DNA from: Pyrinomonadaceae bacterium
GTDB lineage: Bacteria; Acidobacteriota; Blastocatellia; Pyrinomonadales; Pyrinomonadaceae
Length of the DNA: 64,000 bases
Assembly: GCA_036505595.1 (NCBI GenBank)
Contig: DASXTE010000018.1
Span: forward strand, 6,915-70,914
Direction: 5' to 3'
How positions within the stretch are numbered: position 1 is the first letter of the stretch; each line of letters starts with the position of its first letter. This document shows, piece by piece, positions 54,715 to 63,548 of this stretch. A program made the position numbers and the translations under genes. The notes beneath the pieces are model-generated. The model had not been told where the DNA came from. It made no database searches and worked only from the letters and a program-made list of their open reading frames with translations.

Positions 54715-55953
54715 ATGGCTGAATTTGTTTGTCGCTTAGGAACGCCGGCGGGCGAAATTGTGACGCGGACGATCGAAGCGTCCGCCGTGCCTGAGGCGCG
54801 CGCGCGCCTTGAGCGCGAGGGCTTCAAAGTCTTCAACATCACGCCTCCAAAAGCGGAAGGCTTAACTGCTTTCACCAAGGCGACCGGCGGCGGGGGCGGA
54901 CGGGCCCACGTCAAAGCCAACGATTTCCTGCTGTTCAATCAGCAACTCGCGGCGCTGTTGCGCGCCGGCATTCCCATCCTCCAGGCGATTTCGATGTTGC
55001 GACGGCGCGCGACTTCGGTCCGCCTGCGCGCGGTCCTGGAGAACGTTGAAGAAGCGATCCGCGGCGGCGCGGCTCTGTCGCAGGCATTTGCTTCACAGGG
55101 TGCAATCTTTCCGCGTATCTACACTGCTTCGATTCTTGCGGGCGAACGATCGGGCGCACTGGATGAGGTGCTCTCGCGCTACGTCACTTACATGCGGCGG
55201 TCGGTCGCGTTGCGGCGAAAAATTCGCGGCGCGCTCGCATACCCGATGTTCCTCTTGTGCGCGTCGCTCGGCATGGTTATTTTTCTTACCATCTACGTCG
55301 TGCCACGAATGTCGGAACTGTTTAAGGGGTTTGGGGACAAGCTGCCCTTCGTTACCCAAGTCGTGCTGGGGATTTCTGGCTGGCTGACCGGAAACGTTTT
55401 TTGGCTGGCGCCGCTGATAATCTTCGTCGCAATTGGTCTCGCCATTTGGTCGCGCACACCGCAAGGGCGACTGACAATCGATCGTCTGAAGTTGAAGATT
55501 CCCATCGCAGGAAAACTCCTGGTGCAATTGTCAGTCGCGCAGGCGTCCCGTTCGCTCGCGACATTGCTCGCGGGCGGTATCACGCTGGTGGAATCATGGG
55601 AAATCGCGGCTGAGTCGATAACTAACCTCGAATTGCGTCGGCGCAGTTCGGCAATCCTGCCGCTGATTCGCGAAGGCCGTTCGTTTACAGAAAGTCTGGA
55701 AGACGCCGGCTGGCTGCCTGCGCTGGCGATTGACATGATCGGAATCGGCGAGAGATCGGGCAGCCTGCGTGAAATGCTCGATGAAGTCGCGACATTCTAT
55801 GACGCCGAAGGCGAGGTTAAGTTAGAGCAGTTGACGACCACACTTGAGCCTGCGATCCTTGTCGTGATGGGCGGTATCGTAGTGGTGATTCTGTTGGCGA
55901 TTTATCTGCCGATCATCGAGTCGATTTCCGGCGGACCGTTGATGAAGCGTTAG
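54715..55953 (+). CDS. gspF: type II secretion / type IV pilus platform protein (GspF/PilC family)
   Basis: 412 aa. Two T2SSF repeats (FNQQLAALLRAGIPILQAI ; LATLLAGGITLVESWEI) and 3 TM segments. Confidence 0.85.
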   Translation: MAEFVCRLGTPAGEIVTRTIEASAVPEARARLEREGFKVFNITPPKAEGLTAFTKATGGGGGRAHVKANDFLLFNQQLAALLRAGIPILQAISMLRRRATSVRLRAVLENVEEAIRGGAALSQAFASQGAIFPRIYTASILAGERSGALDEVLSRYVTYMRRSVALRRKIRGALAYPMFLLCASLGMVIFLTIYVVPRMSELFKGFGDKLPFVTQVVLGISGWLTGNVFWLAPLIIFVAIGLAIWSRTPQGRLTIDRLKLKIPIAGKLLVQLSVAQASRSLATLLAGGITLVESWEIAAESITNLELRRRSSAILPLIREGRSFTESLEDAGWLPALAIDMIGIGERSGSLREMLDEVATFYDAEGEVKLEQLTTTLEPAILVVMGGIVVVILLAIYLPIIESISGGPLMKR

Positions 55954-56075
55954 CGTATTCAGAAAATGGGGGGTTCTTACGTCGATTCCAGCGTCGAGAA
56001 TATGGTAATCGATGCGAGTAGAAAACAATTGGTCGCCTCAGGACCGCACCTCGCAGCGAGTATTTTGAAGAAATA

Positions 56076-57797
56076 ATGAAGCAATTTACTGACGATCAAA
56101 CCGATAAGACCGTGCCCGACGCAGTCACGAGTGGGAATCTCACGAGTGCCGACGGCGACCTGCCGCAAGCTGCGGAACCACCGGAAGTTCGGCAGGCGAA
56201 AGAGCTCGCGCGTCGCTACCGGCTGCCGTTCGTAAACCTTCTGCCGGTAGAAGGCGAATCGCCAATCGATTATTCCTTGCTGAACGAAATTCCCGTCGAC
56301 CTGATGTTGCGTAATCAGTTCGTGCCTTTGCGGCGCGACAATGGAAAACTACACATCGCCATGGCCGATCCGACCGATCTCGATCGGTTGGATGAGCTCG
56401 CGAGCGCTTTGCGGACGCGTCTGGTTCCGTACGTGGCAACCGCCGGCGCCATCGATGTTGTGCTGCGCAAAGGCGACGCAACGCAGCGTGTTTTGCAGGA
56501 AGCCGCTTCCGGCTTTCGCATTTCGCTGGTCCGCGAAACTGAGCAAGGCGAAGAAGTTCTCGACCTCGATCGCCTCGCGACTGACAGCGAGATGTCGCCG
56601 ATCATCAAACTCGTCGACACGATCATCTTTAATGCGATGGAATCGCGCGCATCGGACATTCACATCGAAACGCGCGACACGGAAGTCCAGGTGAAGTACC
56701 GCATCGATGGCGCGCTTTACGCGAAAGTCGATCCAATCGACCTCGCCTATCACCAAACCTTGATTTCGCGTATCAAGGTCATGTCTGAACTCGACATCGC
56801 TGAGCGGCGCGTACCGCAGGACGGCCGTTTCCGCGTGCGCTACAAAGGTCGCAACGTTGATTTCCGCGTTTCCATCATGCCGACCGTGCACGGCGAAGAT
56901 GCGGTCATTCGTATTCTCGACAAAGAGCAGATCAACGAATCTTTCAAGAACCTGGATCTCAATGTCGTCGGTTTCGACCCGGACGATCTGCGCAAGTTCC
57001 GTCGTTACATAGCTGAACCTTACGGCATGGTGCTCGTGACCGGGCCGACCGGTTCAGGTAAAACGACCTCGCTGTACGCTGCGCTGAACGAAATCCGCAA
57101 CGAAGAAGACAAGATCATCACGATTGAGGATCCCGTCGAGTATCAGCTTCACGGCATCACGCAGATTCCAGTCAACGAGAAAAAGGGACTCACGTTTGCA
57201 CGCGGACTGCGATCGATACTGCGTCACGACCCGGACAAGATCATGGTCGGGGAAATCCGTGACGAAGAAACCGCGCAGATCGCCATCCAGTCAGCGCTGA
57301 CCGGCCACCTGGTATTCACCACAGTTCACGCGAACAACGTCATTGACGTAATCGGCCGCTTCCTGAACATGGGAGTTGAGCCTTACAACTTCGTTTCGTC
57401 TTTGAACTGTGTGCTGGCGCAGCGACTCGTGCGCGTGCTTTGTTCCATTTGCCGCCGCGCGTTTCATCCGTCTGACGTTGAATTGATCGAATCAGGTCTT
57501 CAACCTGAAGAACATCGAGGCCGCGTATTCTACGCTAATGTGGGCTGCGACAGCTGCAATCACACCGGCTACCGCGGGCGCACGGCGATTCACGAGTTGC
57601 TGGACTTAAGCGACAACATCCGCGAGATGATTGTCGAGCGCCGCCCGGGTTCGGAAGTGCGCCGCGCGGCGGAAGCCGAGGGCCTTACCAGCCTGCGCGA
57701 ATCCGCGCTCAAGAAAGTTTTCGCCGGTGTCTCGACGCTGCACGAAATCAATCGCGTCACATTCGTGGAAGAAGTAAATCTCAACGTCCAGAGGTAA
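56076..57797 (+). CDS. gspE: type II secretion ATPase (GspE/PilB family)
   Basis: N-terminal GSPII_E_N-like domain. Walker A GPTGSGKTT. Asp box and Walker B (IMVGEIRD). Tetra-Cys CSICRR...CDSCNHTGYRGR. Confidence 0.9.
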   Translation: MKQFTDDQTDKTVPDAVTSGNLTSADGDLPQAAEPPEVRQAKELARRYRLPFVNLLPVEGESPIDYSLLNEIPVDLMLRNQFVPLRRDNGKLHIAMADPTDLDRLDELASALRTRLVPYVATAGAIDVVLRKGDATQRVLQEAASGFRISLVRETEQGEEVLDLDRLATDSEMSPIIKLVDTIIFNAMESRASDIHIETRDTEVQVKYRIDGALYAKVDPIDLAYHQTLISRIKVMSELDIAERRVPQDGRFRVRYKGRNVDFRVSIMPTVHGEDAVIRILDKEQINESFKNLDLNVVGFDPDDLRKFRRYIAEPYGMVLVTGPTGSGKTTSLYAALNEIRNEEDKIITIEDPVEYQLHGITQIPVNEKKGLTFARGLRSILRHDPDKIMVGEIRDEETAQIAIQSALTGHLVFTTVHANNVIDVIGRFLNMGVEPYNFVSSLNCVLAQRLVRVLCSICRRAFHPSDVELIESGLQPEEHRGRVFYANVGCDSCNHTGYRGRTAIHELLDLSDNIREMIVERRPGSEVRRAAEAEGLTSLRESALKKVFAGVSTLHEINRVTFVEEVNLNVQR

Positions 57798-57962
57798 CAG
57801 GCTGTTCCTTCAGTCGCCCCCCCTTAAAACACAGGTCTTTTTCTGCTAAACTGGCCGAGTTTGTCGCATTGCGGAACCGACTGAAGATCGTCCGCGTGTA
57901 ACGAGCAGTGAACTCCGGCTTCACCGGCATCAAACGGAAGCCATTCGCCGAAAGGTTAAGTT

Positions 57963-60701
57963 ATGAAATCGCAAAATCGCTGGACTCCAATCGTTTCCCT
58001 GTTTGTGGTGGTCTGCCTGCTGGCGTTTCCAATGACCGCCTTCGCCCGCAAAGGCCGGGATCATTTCAAGAACGGCTTGAAACACGAGCAGGCGCAGCAG
58101 TGGGAGAAAGCGGCGCAGGAATTTACGCTCGCGCTCGCAGCCGATCCGTCGAATGCCGACTTTCAACTCCATTACCGGCGCGCGATGTTCAATGCCTCGC
58201 AGATGTACATGGAGCAGGGGCGCGCGCTGGCGGAACAGCGCGATTATGTCGGAGCTTACAACGCGTTTCGCCAGGCGTTCGGGTACGACCCGGTTAACCA
58301 GCTTGCGGTTTCTGAAATGGAGCGCATGCTGCGCCTCCAGGATGTGAAGCAAGGCGGCACCGGAAGCGGAGACGGCGCGAAATCCGACGGCAGCGGTGCG
58401 ACGCCAGCCGCTCCGCAAAATGCCAAGACCCCGGAAGAAGTCGTGCCGGCGCGGCCGGAGCAATTACGGGTCGTCAATTACAACGGCGATTTAAAGCACT
58501 ACATTCGCACGCTGGCGGAACAGTTGGGCCTGAACGTAATCTTCGACAAACAATCGTTCTCTCAACCACGCACGCTGGAAATCAATCTCACCCAGCCGAC
58601 CACTACCGCCAAGGCCCTCGATTTCATTTTCTTGCAGGAAGGCTTGTTCTTTCAGAAGCTTGATCGCCACACGATTCTCGTCGCCGATCAGGCGCGGCGT
58701 CCGCAGTACCAACAACTAGTCGTGCGCACGTTCTATTTGTCAAACGCGAAACCGTCGAAGGCCCTTGAAGTGATCACAAAGGCGCTGCCGGCATCAGTCG
58801 GCCGTCCGCAGTCGATCGTGGTGGTAGACGAAGACACGAACAGTTTGACCGTGCGCGACACGGCTGAGAACGTCAAACTAATCGGAGAGTTGCTGACGAG
58901 CATCGACAAAGATCGCGCGGAAGTTGTCATGGATGTGGACATTTTCGAAGTCTCGCGCACGAATCTGCTGCAATTCGGAAATCAGCTTGGCGCAGGAACT
59001 TTCAATCTTGGTGGTTCGCCAGGCTTGTCGATCTTAACCAGCAACGGCGCAGTTAACAGTGCCCATACAGGTGTTAATCTCGCCAGCATTGTCGGCCAAA
59101 CGCCGACGGCAGCGGCCGCCGCGCTGGTGATTCCGGCTTCAGTGCTGACAGCCTTCGCCAGCAAGACTAACGCAAAGCTGCTCGCTTCGACCCAAGTTCA
59201 TGCTTTCAACAACGAAGAATCGACCGCGCGCATTGGCCAGCGCGTTCCAATTCAAACCGCGAGCGTTTTTAATGGTTTGTCAGCGACGCCGACAACCGGC
59301 ACTGCTCCCGGCGTAACGAACGGAGTGTTTGGGAGCAATGGTTTTCCGGTGATCAATTACGAGCCGACCGGCTTGACGTTGAAATTCACGCCGCAGGTTT
59401 TCCCGAATCTCGATGTGCAAGTAAAGATGAACATCGAATCTAAGGATGTCACGGCTGCCAATACGCTGACGCCGACCTTTACTGAGCGGACAATTACCGG
59501 CACGGCCCGGGTCCAGAACAATCGCACTATGATGCTGGCCAGTGTTTCGCAGGACATTCAGTCCAGCGGGCGGTCGGGTCTGCCGATTCTGAGCGGGCTT
59601 CCGATCCTCGGACGCTTTTTTTCCTCGCCCACCAGAGACAATCGTCAGGTTGATATCGTCATCGCGGTAACGCCGCGCGTGTTGCGCGCCCCGGCCGTGA
59701 CGCCGCGCGACGAAGAGATGCGCCCCAGCGGAACGCTGCAATCACCGACGACGGGATCGTTGGAAGCGATGCTTTTGGAAACCGCGCGCGAAGATCAGAT
59801 TGCCGCAGCGCGACGCGTTCCGAAGGATGTAAACATCCAGTTGCCGGATGCGCCAGCGGCAACTTACGAGCCCGCGCCCGGGCAAACCAGCGACCGGACG
59901 AAGGCCGCCCCTGCGGCGACTGCTCAGACGACTAACACAGATGCGAAGAACGGCAGCAATCCGTCGACCGTCGCATCAAATGCGTCGACGAACGATACAT
60001 CCTCGGCAAAGAACGCGCAGGCTGATTCAACAGTCCCGCAACCGAAGTCCGCATCAGTCTCGCCGCCGGCCGAATCGAACAGCGCCAAGTCAATTGACGT
60101 CGCGACGGCCATCAAGAACGTCGTGAATTCGGATGCGAACGTTTCGGCGACTGCGTCAAATGCGAAAGAGAACGTGAATGTGACGGCCCCGGCCGACGAT
60201 CTCGCGCCGAAGAGTGCTGTGAACGAACCCCCTGTGAAGCCGACTGAACCATTGCCAACGGTGATTGAGCTGCGTCTGAGTCCTGACAAGAACGAAATGA
60301 CTGTTGGCGAGAAACGTCAACTAACAGTCGAGCTGAATTCGGAAGCGCCGCTCGGTCTGGTGGTGGTGATGCTGCGGTTCGATCCGAACATCATCAAAGT
60401 GCAAAGCGTCACGATCGGCAAGCTTTTCGCCGACGCGAAAACAGCACCGACAATCACCCAGTCAACGAACGACAAAGGTGTCTTGTTGGTTTCGCTCGCG
60501 CCGGCCGCCGGCTTTTCGATCTCAGGACAGGGCGCATTGCTCAATGTCGAAGTAGAGGCGATCGGCGCTGGCGATGGCTCGCTGGCGTTCGACGTTTCGA
60601 ACGTGCACCTGGTTTCGAGCGACGGCCGCAATACGGTGCTGCAACTAGCGCCGATGTCTCTGACGGTGAAGCCGCAAGCTGCGGCAAAATCAAACAACTG
60701 A
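57963..60701 (+). CDS. secretin with N-terminal TPR region and C-terminal cohesin-like domain
   Basis: Signal peptide. TPR-like helices (residues about 30-130). Secretin core (GLPILSGLPILGRFFSSPTRDNRQVDIVIAVTPRVL). Long Ala/Thr/Asn/Ser linker. C-terminal beta domain LTVELNSEAPLGLVVVMLRFDPNIIKVQSVTIGKLF...GALLNVEVEAIGAGDGSLAFDVSNVHL resembling cohesin. Confidence 0.8.
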   Translation: MKSQNRWTPIVSLFVVVCLLAFPMTAFARKGRDHFKNGLKHEQAQQWEKAAQEFTLALAADPSNADFQLHYRRAMFNASQMYMEQGRALAEQRDYVGAYNAFRQAFGYDPVNQLAVSEMERMLRLQDVKQGGTGSGDGAKSDGSGATPAAPQNAKTPEEVVPARPEQLRVVNYNGDLKHYIRTLAEQLGLNVIFDKQSFSQPRTLEINLTQPTTTAKALDFIFLQEGLFFQKLDRHTILVADQARRPQYQQLVVRTFYLSNAKPSKALEVITKALPASVGRPQSIVVVDEDTNSLTVRDTAENVKLIGELLTSIDKDRAEVVMDVDIFEVSRTNLLQFGNQLGAGTFNLGGSPGLSILTSNGAVNSAHTGVNLASIVGQTPTAAAAALVIPASVLTAFASKTNAKLLASTQVHAFNNEESTARIGQRVPIQTASVFNGLSATPTTGTAPGVTNGVFGSNGFPVINYEPTGLTLKFTPQVFPNLDVQVKMNIESKDVTAANTLTPTFTERTITGTARVQNNRTMMLASVSQDIQSSGRSGLPILSGLPILGRFFSSPTRDNRQVDIVIAVTPRVLRAPAVTPRDEEMRPSGTLQSPTTGSLEAMLLETAREDQIAAARRVPKDVNIQLPDAPAATYEPAPGQTSDRTKAAPAATAQTTNTDAKNGSNPSTVASNASTNDTSSAKNAQADSTVPQPKSASVSPPAESNSAKSIDVATAIKNVVNSDANVSATASNAKENVNVTAPADDLAPKSAVNEPPVKPTEPLPTVIELRLSPDKNEMTVGEKRQLTVELNSEAPLGLVVVMLRFDPNIIKVQSVTIGKLFADAKTAPTITQSTNDKGVLLVSLAPAAGFSISGQGALLNVEVEAIGAGDGSLAFDVSNVHLVSSDGRNTVLQLAPMSLTVKPQAAAKSNN

Positions 60702-60732
60702 GCACTGGGATAGAGAGGTCTCTCGCATAGCG

Positions 60733-61422
60733 ATGCGTCGCGCAACACGAATAAACGGATTCACGCTTATCGAGCTGGTGATCACGGTCGCCGTCCTCGC
60801 GATTTTGACCCTCGGCGTGATTCCGCTCATGCGAGTTTCAGTCAAGCGGCAAAAAGAAGAGCAATTGCGCGCCGCGTTACGCGAGATGCGCGAAGCGATC
60901 GATCAATTTCATCGCGAGGCGCTGATGGGGGCCTCAATGCAGGCCATACAGCAGGCTCAGTCGTCTACGGCACAACAGGAGCAGGCACCGCGGTCCACCG
61001 CGGCCCAGACGCAGCAGAACATTTTTGCCGATCCGCGGGTGCGTGTTTTCATTACCGATCAGACAATCTTCAGCTCCGACAACCCGGATCGTTATCCGCC
61101 CGATCTGGAAACACTTGTCGATGGTGTGGACGTGCTGCCGTTAACGCTGCCTGCCCAATTGCAAGGCGGCCAGGGAATTACGGGCGCCGGCATACTTGAG
61201 CGAACTGAAAATTCGGCAATTCCCAAAACTAAGATTTATCTGCGGCAGCTTCCCATCGATCCGATGACCGGCAAAGCTGACTGGTGCGTCAGCTCCAGTT
61301 ATGAACCCGCCGAAGATTCGAAACACGGCTGTCACTCGAGCGGCGATGGCGAAAATGTCTTCAATGTTCACTCGAGGTCAGAAGGCGAAGCGCTTGATGG
61401 GACAAAATACCGTGACTGGTAA
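60733..61422 (+). CDS. prepilin-type N-terminal cleavage/methylation domain protein (pseudopilin)
   Basis: MRRATRING/FTLIELVITVAVLAILTLGVIP class III signal. Confidence 0.8.
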   Translation: MRRATRINGFTLIELVITVAVLAILTLGVIPLMRVSVKRQKEEQLRAALREMREAIDQFHREALMGASMQAIQQAQSSTAQQEQAPRSTAAQTQQNIFADPRVRVFITDQTIFSSDNPDRYPPDLETLVDGVDVLPLTLPAQLQGGQGITGAGILERTENSAIPKTKIYLRQLPIDPMTGKADWCVSSSYEPAEDSKHGCHSSGDGENVFNVHSRSEGEALDGTKYRDW

Positions 61423-61506
61423 CGGCAGACGGCAGACGGCGGGGAGCAGAAGGCAGGAGACAGAGCGAACTTTTCTGCCGTCTGGCTCCTGCCGCCTGGC
61501 GCCTGG
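61423..61506. repeat. heptad-word hairpin (word GGCAGAC / GTCTGCC), same word family as 21967-22486
   Basis: Left arm reads GGCAGAC GGCAGAC GGCGGGGA GCAGAAG GCAGGAG ACAG. Right arm reads TCTGCCG TCTGGCT CCTGCCG CCTGGCG CCTGG. It starts 1 nt after the upstream stop codon and runs into the G-F cleavage-site codons of the next pseudopilin. Confidence 0.85.
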
Positions 61507-61870
61507 GTTTACTCTTCTCGAGCTGATGATCGTAATTTCGGTCATCATCATTCTCGCCGCGATCGCTCTGCCGCAATATCAAAAAACGATCATGCACGCG
61601 CGCGAAACGGTTCTGCGCGACGATCTATACCGGATGCGCGTTCTGATCGATCAGTACGCCGCCGACAAGGGCAAGCTGCCGCAATCGCTGGAAGACCTGG
61701 TCAGCGCTGGTTACATGCGCGAAATCCCCAAGGATCCAATTACCGACCAGCCGGATTGGGTGCCGGTGCAGGGCGACGACCCTTACACGGGCGAAAGTGG
61801 CATGATCGATATCCGCAGCGCATCTACGGAAGCCTCGACTGAAGGAGGCAAGCCATATAATGAGTGGTAG
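61475..61870 (+). CDS. gspG: GspG-like major pseudopilin; start codon unresolved
   Basis: GFTLLELMIVISVIIILAAIALPQYQK... and LPQSLEDLVSAGYMREIPKDPITDQPDW are classic GspG sequences. There is no in-frame ATG, GTG or TTG between the upstream stop (61422) and the GF site (61505). Only CTG codons at 61475 and 61496 are available. Confidence 0.6.
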   Translation: MPSGSCRLAPGFTLLELMIVISVIIILAAIALPQYQKTIMHARETVLRDDLYRMRVLIDQYAADKGKLPQSLEDLVSAGYMREIPKDPITDQPDWVPVQGDDPYTGESGMIDIRSASTEASTEGGKPYNEW

Positions 61871-61873
61871 TCC

Positions 61874-61942
61874 GCGATTTTTGATTTTAGATTTGCGATT
61901 GATTTTGCGTGAGCGTCAATTACAAATCTGAAAATCAAAAAT
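61874..61942. repeat. heptad-word hairpin (word GATTTTN / NAAAATC) ending in the next start codon
   Basis: Left: GATTTTTGATTTTAGATTTGCGATTG. Right: CAATTACAAATCTGAAAATCAAAAAT (61917-61942). The A and T of ATG 61941 are part of the right arm. Confidence 0.8.
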
Positions 61943-62864
61943 GCTCGATAAGCTTCTTCAACCTCGATTTCCCTCTTGCGCCGTCGGGCTTAAGACCGGC
62001 ACAGCGTCAGTGGTGCAATTGGATCGATCACGTGGCGCCTTCGTCGTAAAACGCGCCGCGACCCTGAACTTGCAGGCGAACGTGCTTCGATCAAGCTTCG
62101 ATGAGAGCAACGTGCTCGATCCGGACGGATTGATCGAAGCGCTGACCGATTTAGCAACGAGCGCCGGTCTGCTGCGGCAGCGCAAATGGTCAGCGACGTT
62201 GCCGGAAGCCAGCGCGCGCACGGCCATTGTCACAATCGAAGACGCCGGTGGCTCTCGCCGGGAAATCGAAGAAGTTCTCGAATGGAAAATCGAGCGCACT
62301 TTCGGCGCGCCGGTTAACGAGTTGCGCATCGGGCGCGAAGAGTTGTCGCCAAACGAGCAGAAGCAAACGCGATATATCATTACGGCTGTCCGCCTCTCTG
62401 TGCTGGCGGAATACGAGTCGGTTTTCGCTAGCGTGGGCTGGCAGACGGGGCTTGTCCTGCCGCGGCACGTCGGCGAACAGCAGTGGCTGCGCGACGGCGT
62501 GGCCGGCGATGGGTTGCTGCTGAGCGCGCATGAGGATGGATTCACGGCAGTGTTGCTGCGAAATAATCGGCCGTTGACGCTGCGCACTGTATTCTGCGAA
62601 ACGGAAGAGTGCGACGACGAATTACATCGGCTGCTCCTCTTTTACCGCGACCGCTCGGGGCAAAACGGCGACGCATCGTCAGTCAATCGCCTGCTGGTGA
62701 TGGGCGAACTTCTCGACAAGCAACGCGTCGTCGAGATCGCGCAAGAAACCCTGGGAGTAAGGCTGCGTCCGCTCGGCGCCGATGATGTCGGGCTGACCAT
62801 ACCGGGAGATTTGCCCTTCGATTTGATCGCCGCGCCCGCGGGACTTGCGCGGTTGGCATGGTAG
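61941..62864 (+). CDS. putative PilM/GspL-like assembly protein
   Basis: 307 aa, cytoplasmic. The call rests mainly on its position after the pseudopilins and on its size and composition. No diagnostic motif was seen. Confidence 0.35.
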   Translation: MLDKLLQPRFPSCAVGLKTGTASVVQLDRSRGAFVVKRAATLNLQANVLRSSFDESNVLDPDGLIEALTDLATSAGLLRQRKWSATLPEASARTAIVTIEDAGGSRREIEEVLEWKIERTFGAPVNELRIGREELSPNEQKQTRYIITAVRLSVLAEYESVFASVGWQTGLVLPRHVGEQQWLRDGVAGDGLLLSAHEDGFTAVLLRNNRPLTLRTVFCETEECDDELHRLLLFYRDRSGQNGDASSVNRLLVMGELLDKQRVVEIAQETLGVRLRPLGADDVGLTIPGDLPFDLIAAPAGLARLAW

Positions 62865-62931
62865 ATTCCGTCTCCCTTTGGGAGAGGGAGTTTGAAACTT
62901 TAGCTTTCCGCAAAACGTAAACTCGAAGCAA

Positions 62932-63534
62932 TTGCAAATGAGCACCCCGATCGCAATGGCGAACCGGAACGCGTTGGCCGATGGCGAGCTGGTGCAAGGC
63001 GCGCTCGCTGGCCGCGAATCTGGTTTCGAAGAGTTGGTGCGCCGATACCAGCGGCCGATCGCGGCCTACGTATATCGCATGGTCGGCGATTATGACGCAG
63101 CGCTGGATCTAACGCAGGAAGTTTTTATCAAGGTGTACGGGTCGCTATCGCGCTATCGGCCCGAGTTCAAGTTCTCAACGTGGATTTACAAGATCGCCCA
63201 CAATGCGGCAATCGATCATTTGCGCCGGCATGCCACTCGCGAAGCCGCCACCAACTCCGATGGCGACCGCTGCGAAGTCGCGATCGAGAGTCGGCGCCTA
63301 ACACCTGAGCAGGAGAGTGAACGCAGCGAACGCTGCTCGGAGATCGAGATGGTTGTGCAGTTGCTGCCGGCAGCTTATCGCGAACTGATCCTTCTCCGGC
63401 ATTCGCAGGATCTAAGTTACGACGAGATTGCTGAAGTGACCGGCTTGCCTTTAGGCACCGTTAAGAACCGGCTGTTCCGCGCACGCGAAGCCATGCGCGA
63501 GCAGCTCATTCAGAGGGGAATCACTAAGGCATAA
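62932..63534 (+). CDS. ECF-type RNA polymerase sigma factor
   Basis: Region 2 (YQRPIAAYVYRMVGDYDAALDLTQEVFIKVY ... FSTWIYKIAHNAAIDHLRR) and region 4 (LPAAYRELILLRHSQDLSYDEIAEVTGLPLGTVKNRLFRAREAM). Confidence 0.9.
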   Translation: MQMSTPIAMANRNALADGELVQGALAGRESGFEELVRRYQRPIAAYVYRMVGDYDAALDLTQEVFIKVYGSLSRYRPEFKFSTWIYKIAHNAAIDHLRRHATREAATNSDGDRCEVAIESRRLTPEQESERSERCSEIEMVVQLLPAAYRELILLRHSQDLSYDEIAEVTGLPLGTVKNRLFRAREAMREQLIQRGITKA

Positions 63535-63548
63535 CGCTACGTAATCCA

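Noticed and set aside
61301-61474. The ATG at 61301 as the start of the GspG-like gene (189-aa track ORF).
   Set aside because: It would overlap the preceding pseudopilin gene by 122 nt in another frame and translate the entire word hairpin. It would also put about 68 residues before the G/F cleavage site, which is incompatible with a class III signal peptide.
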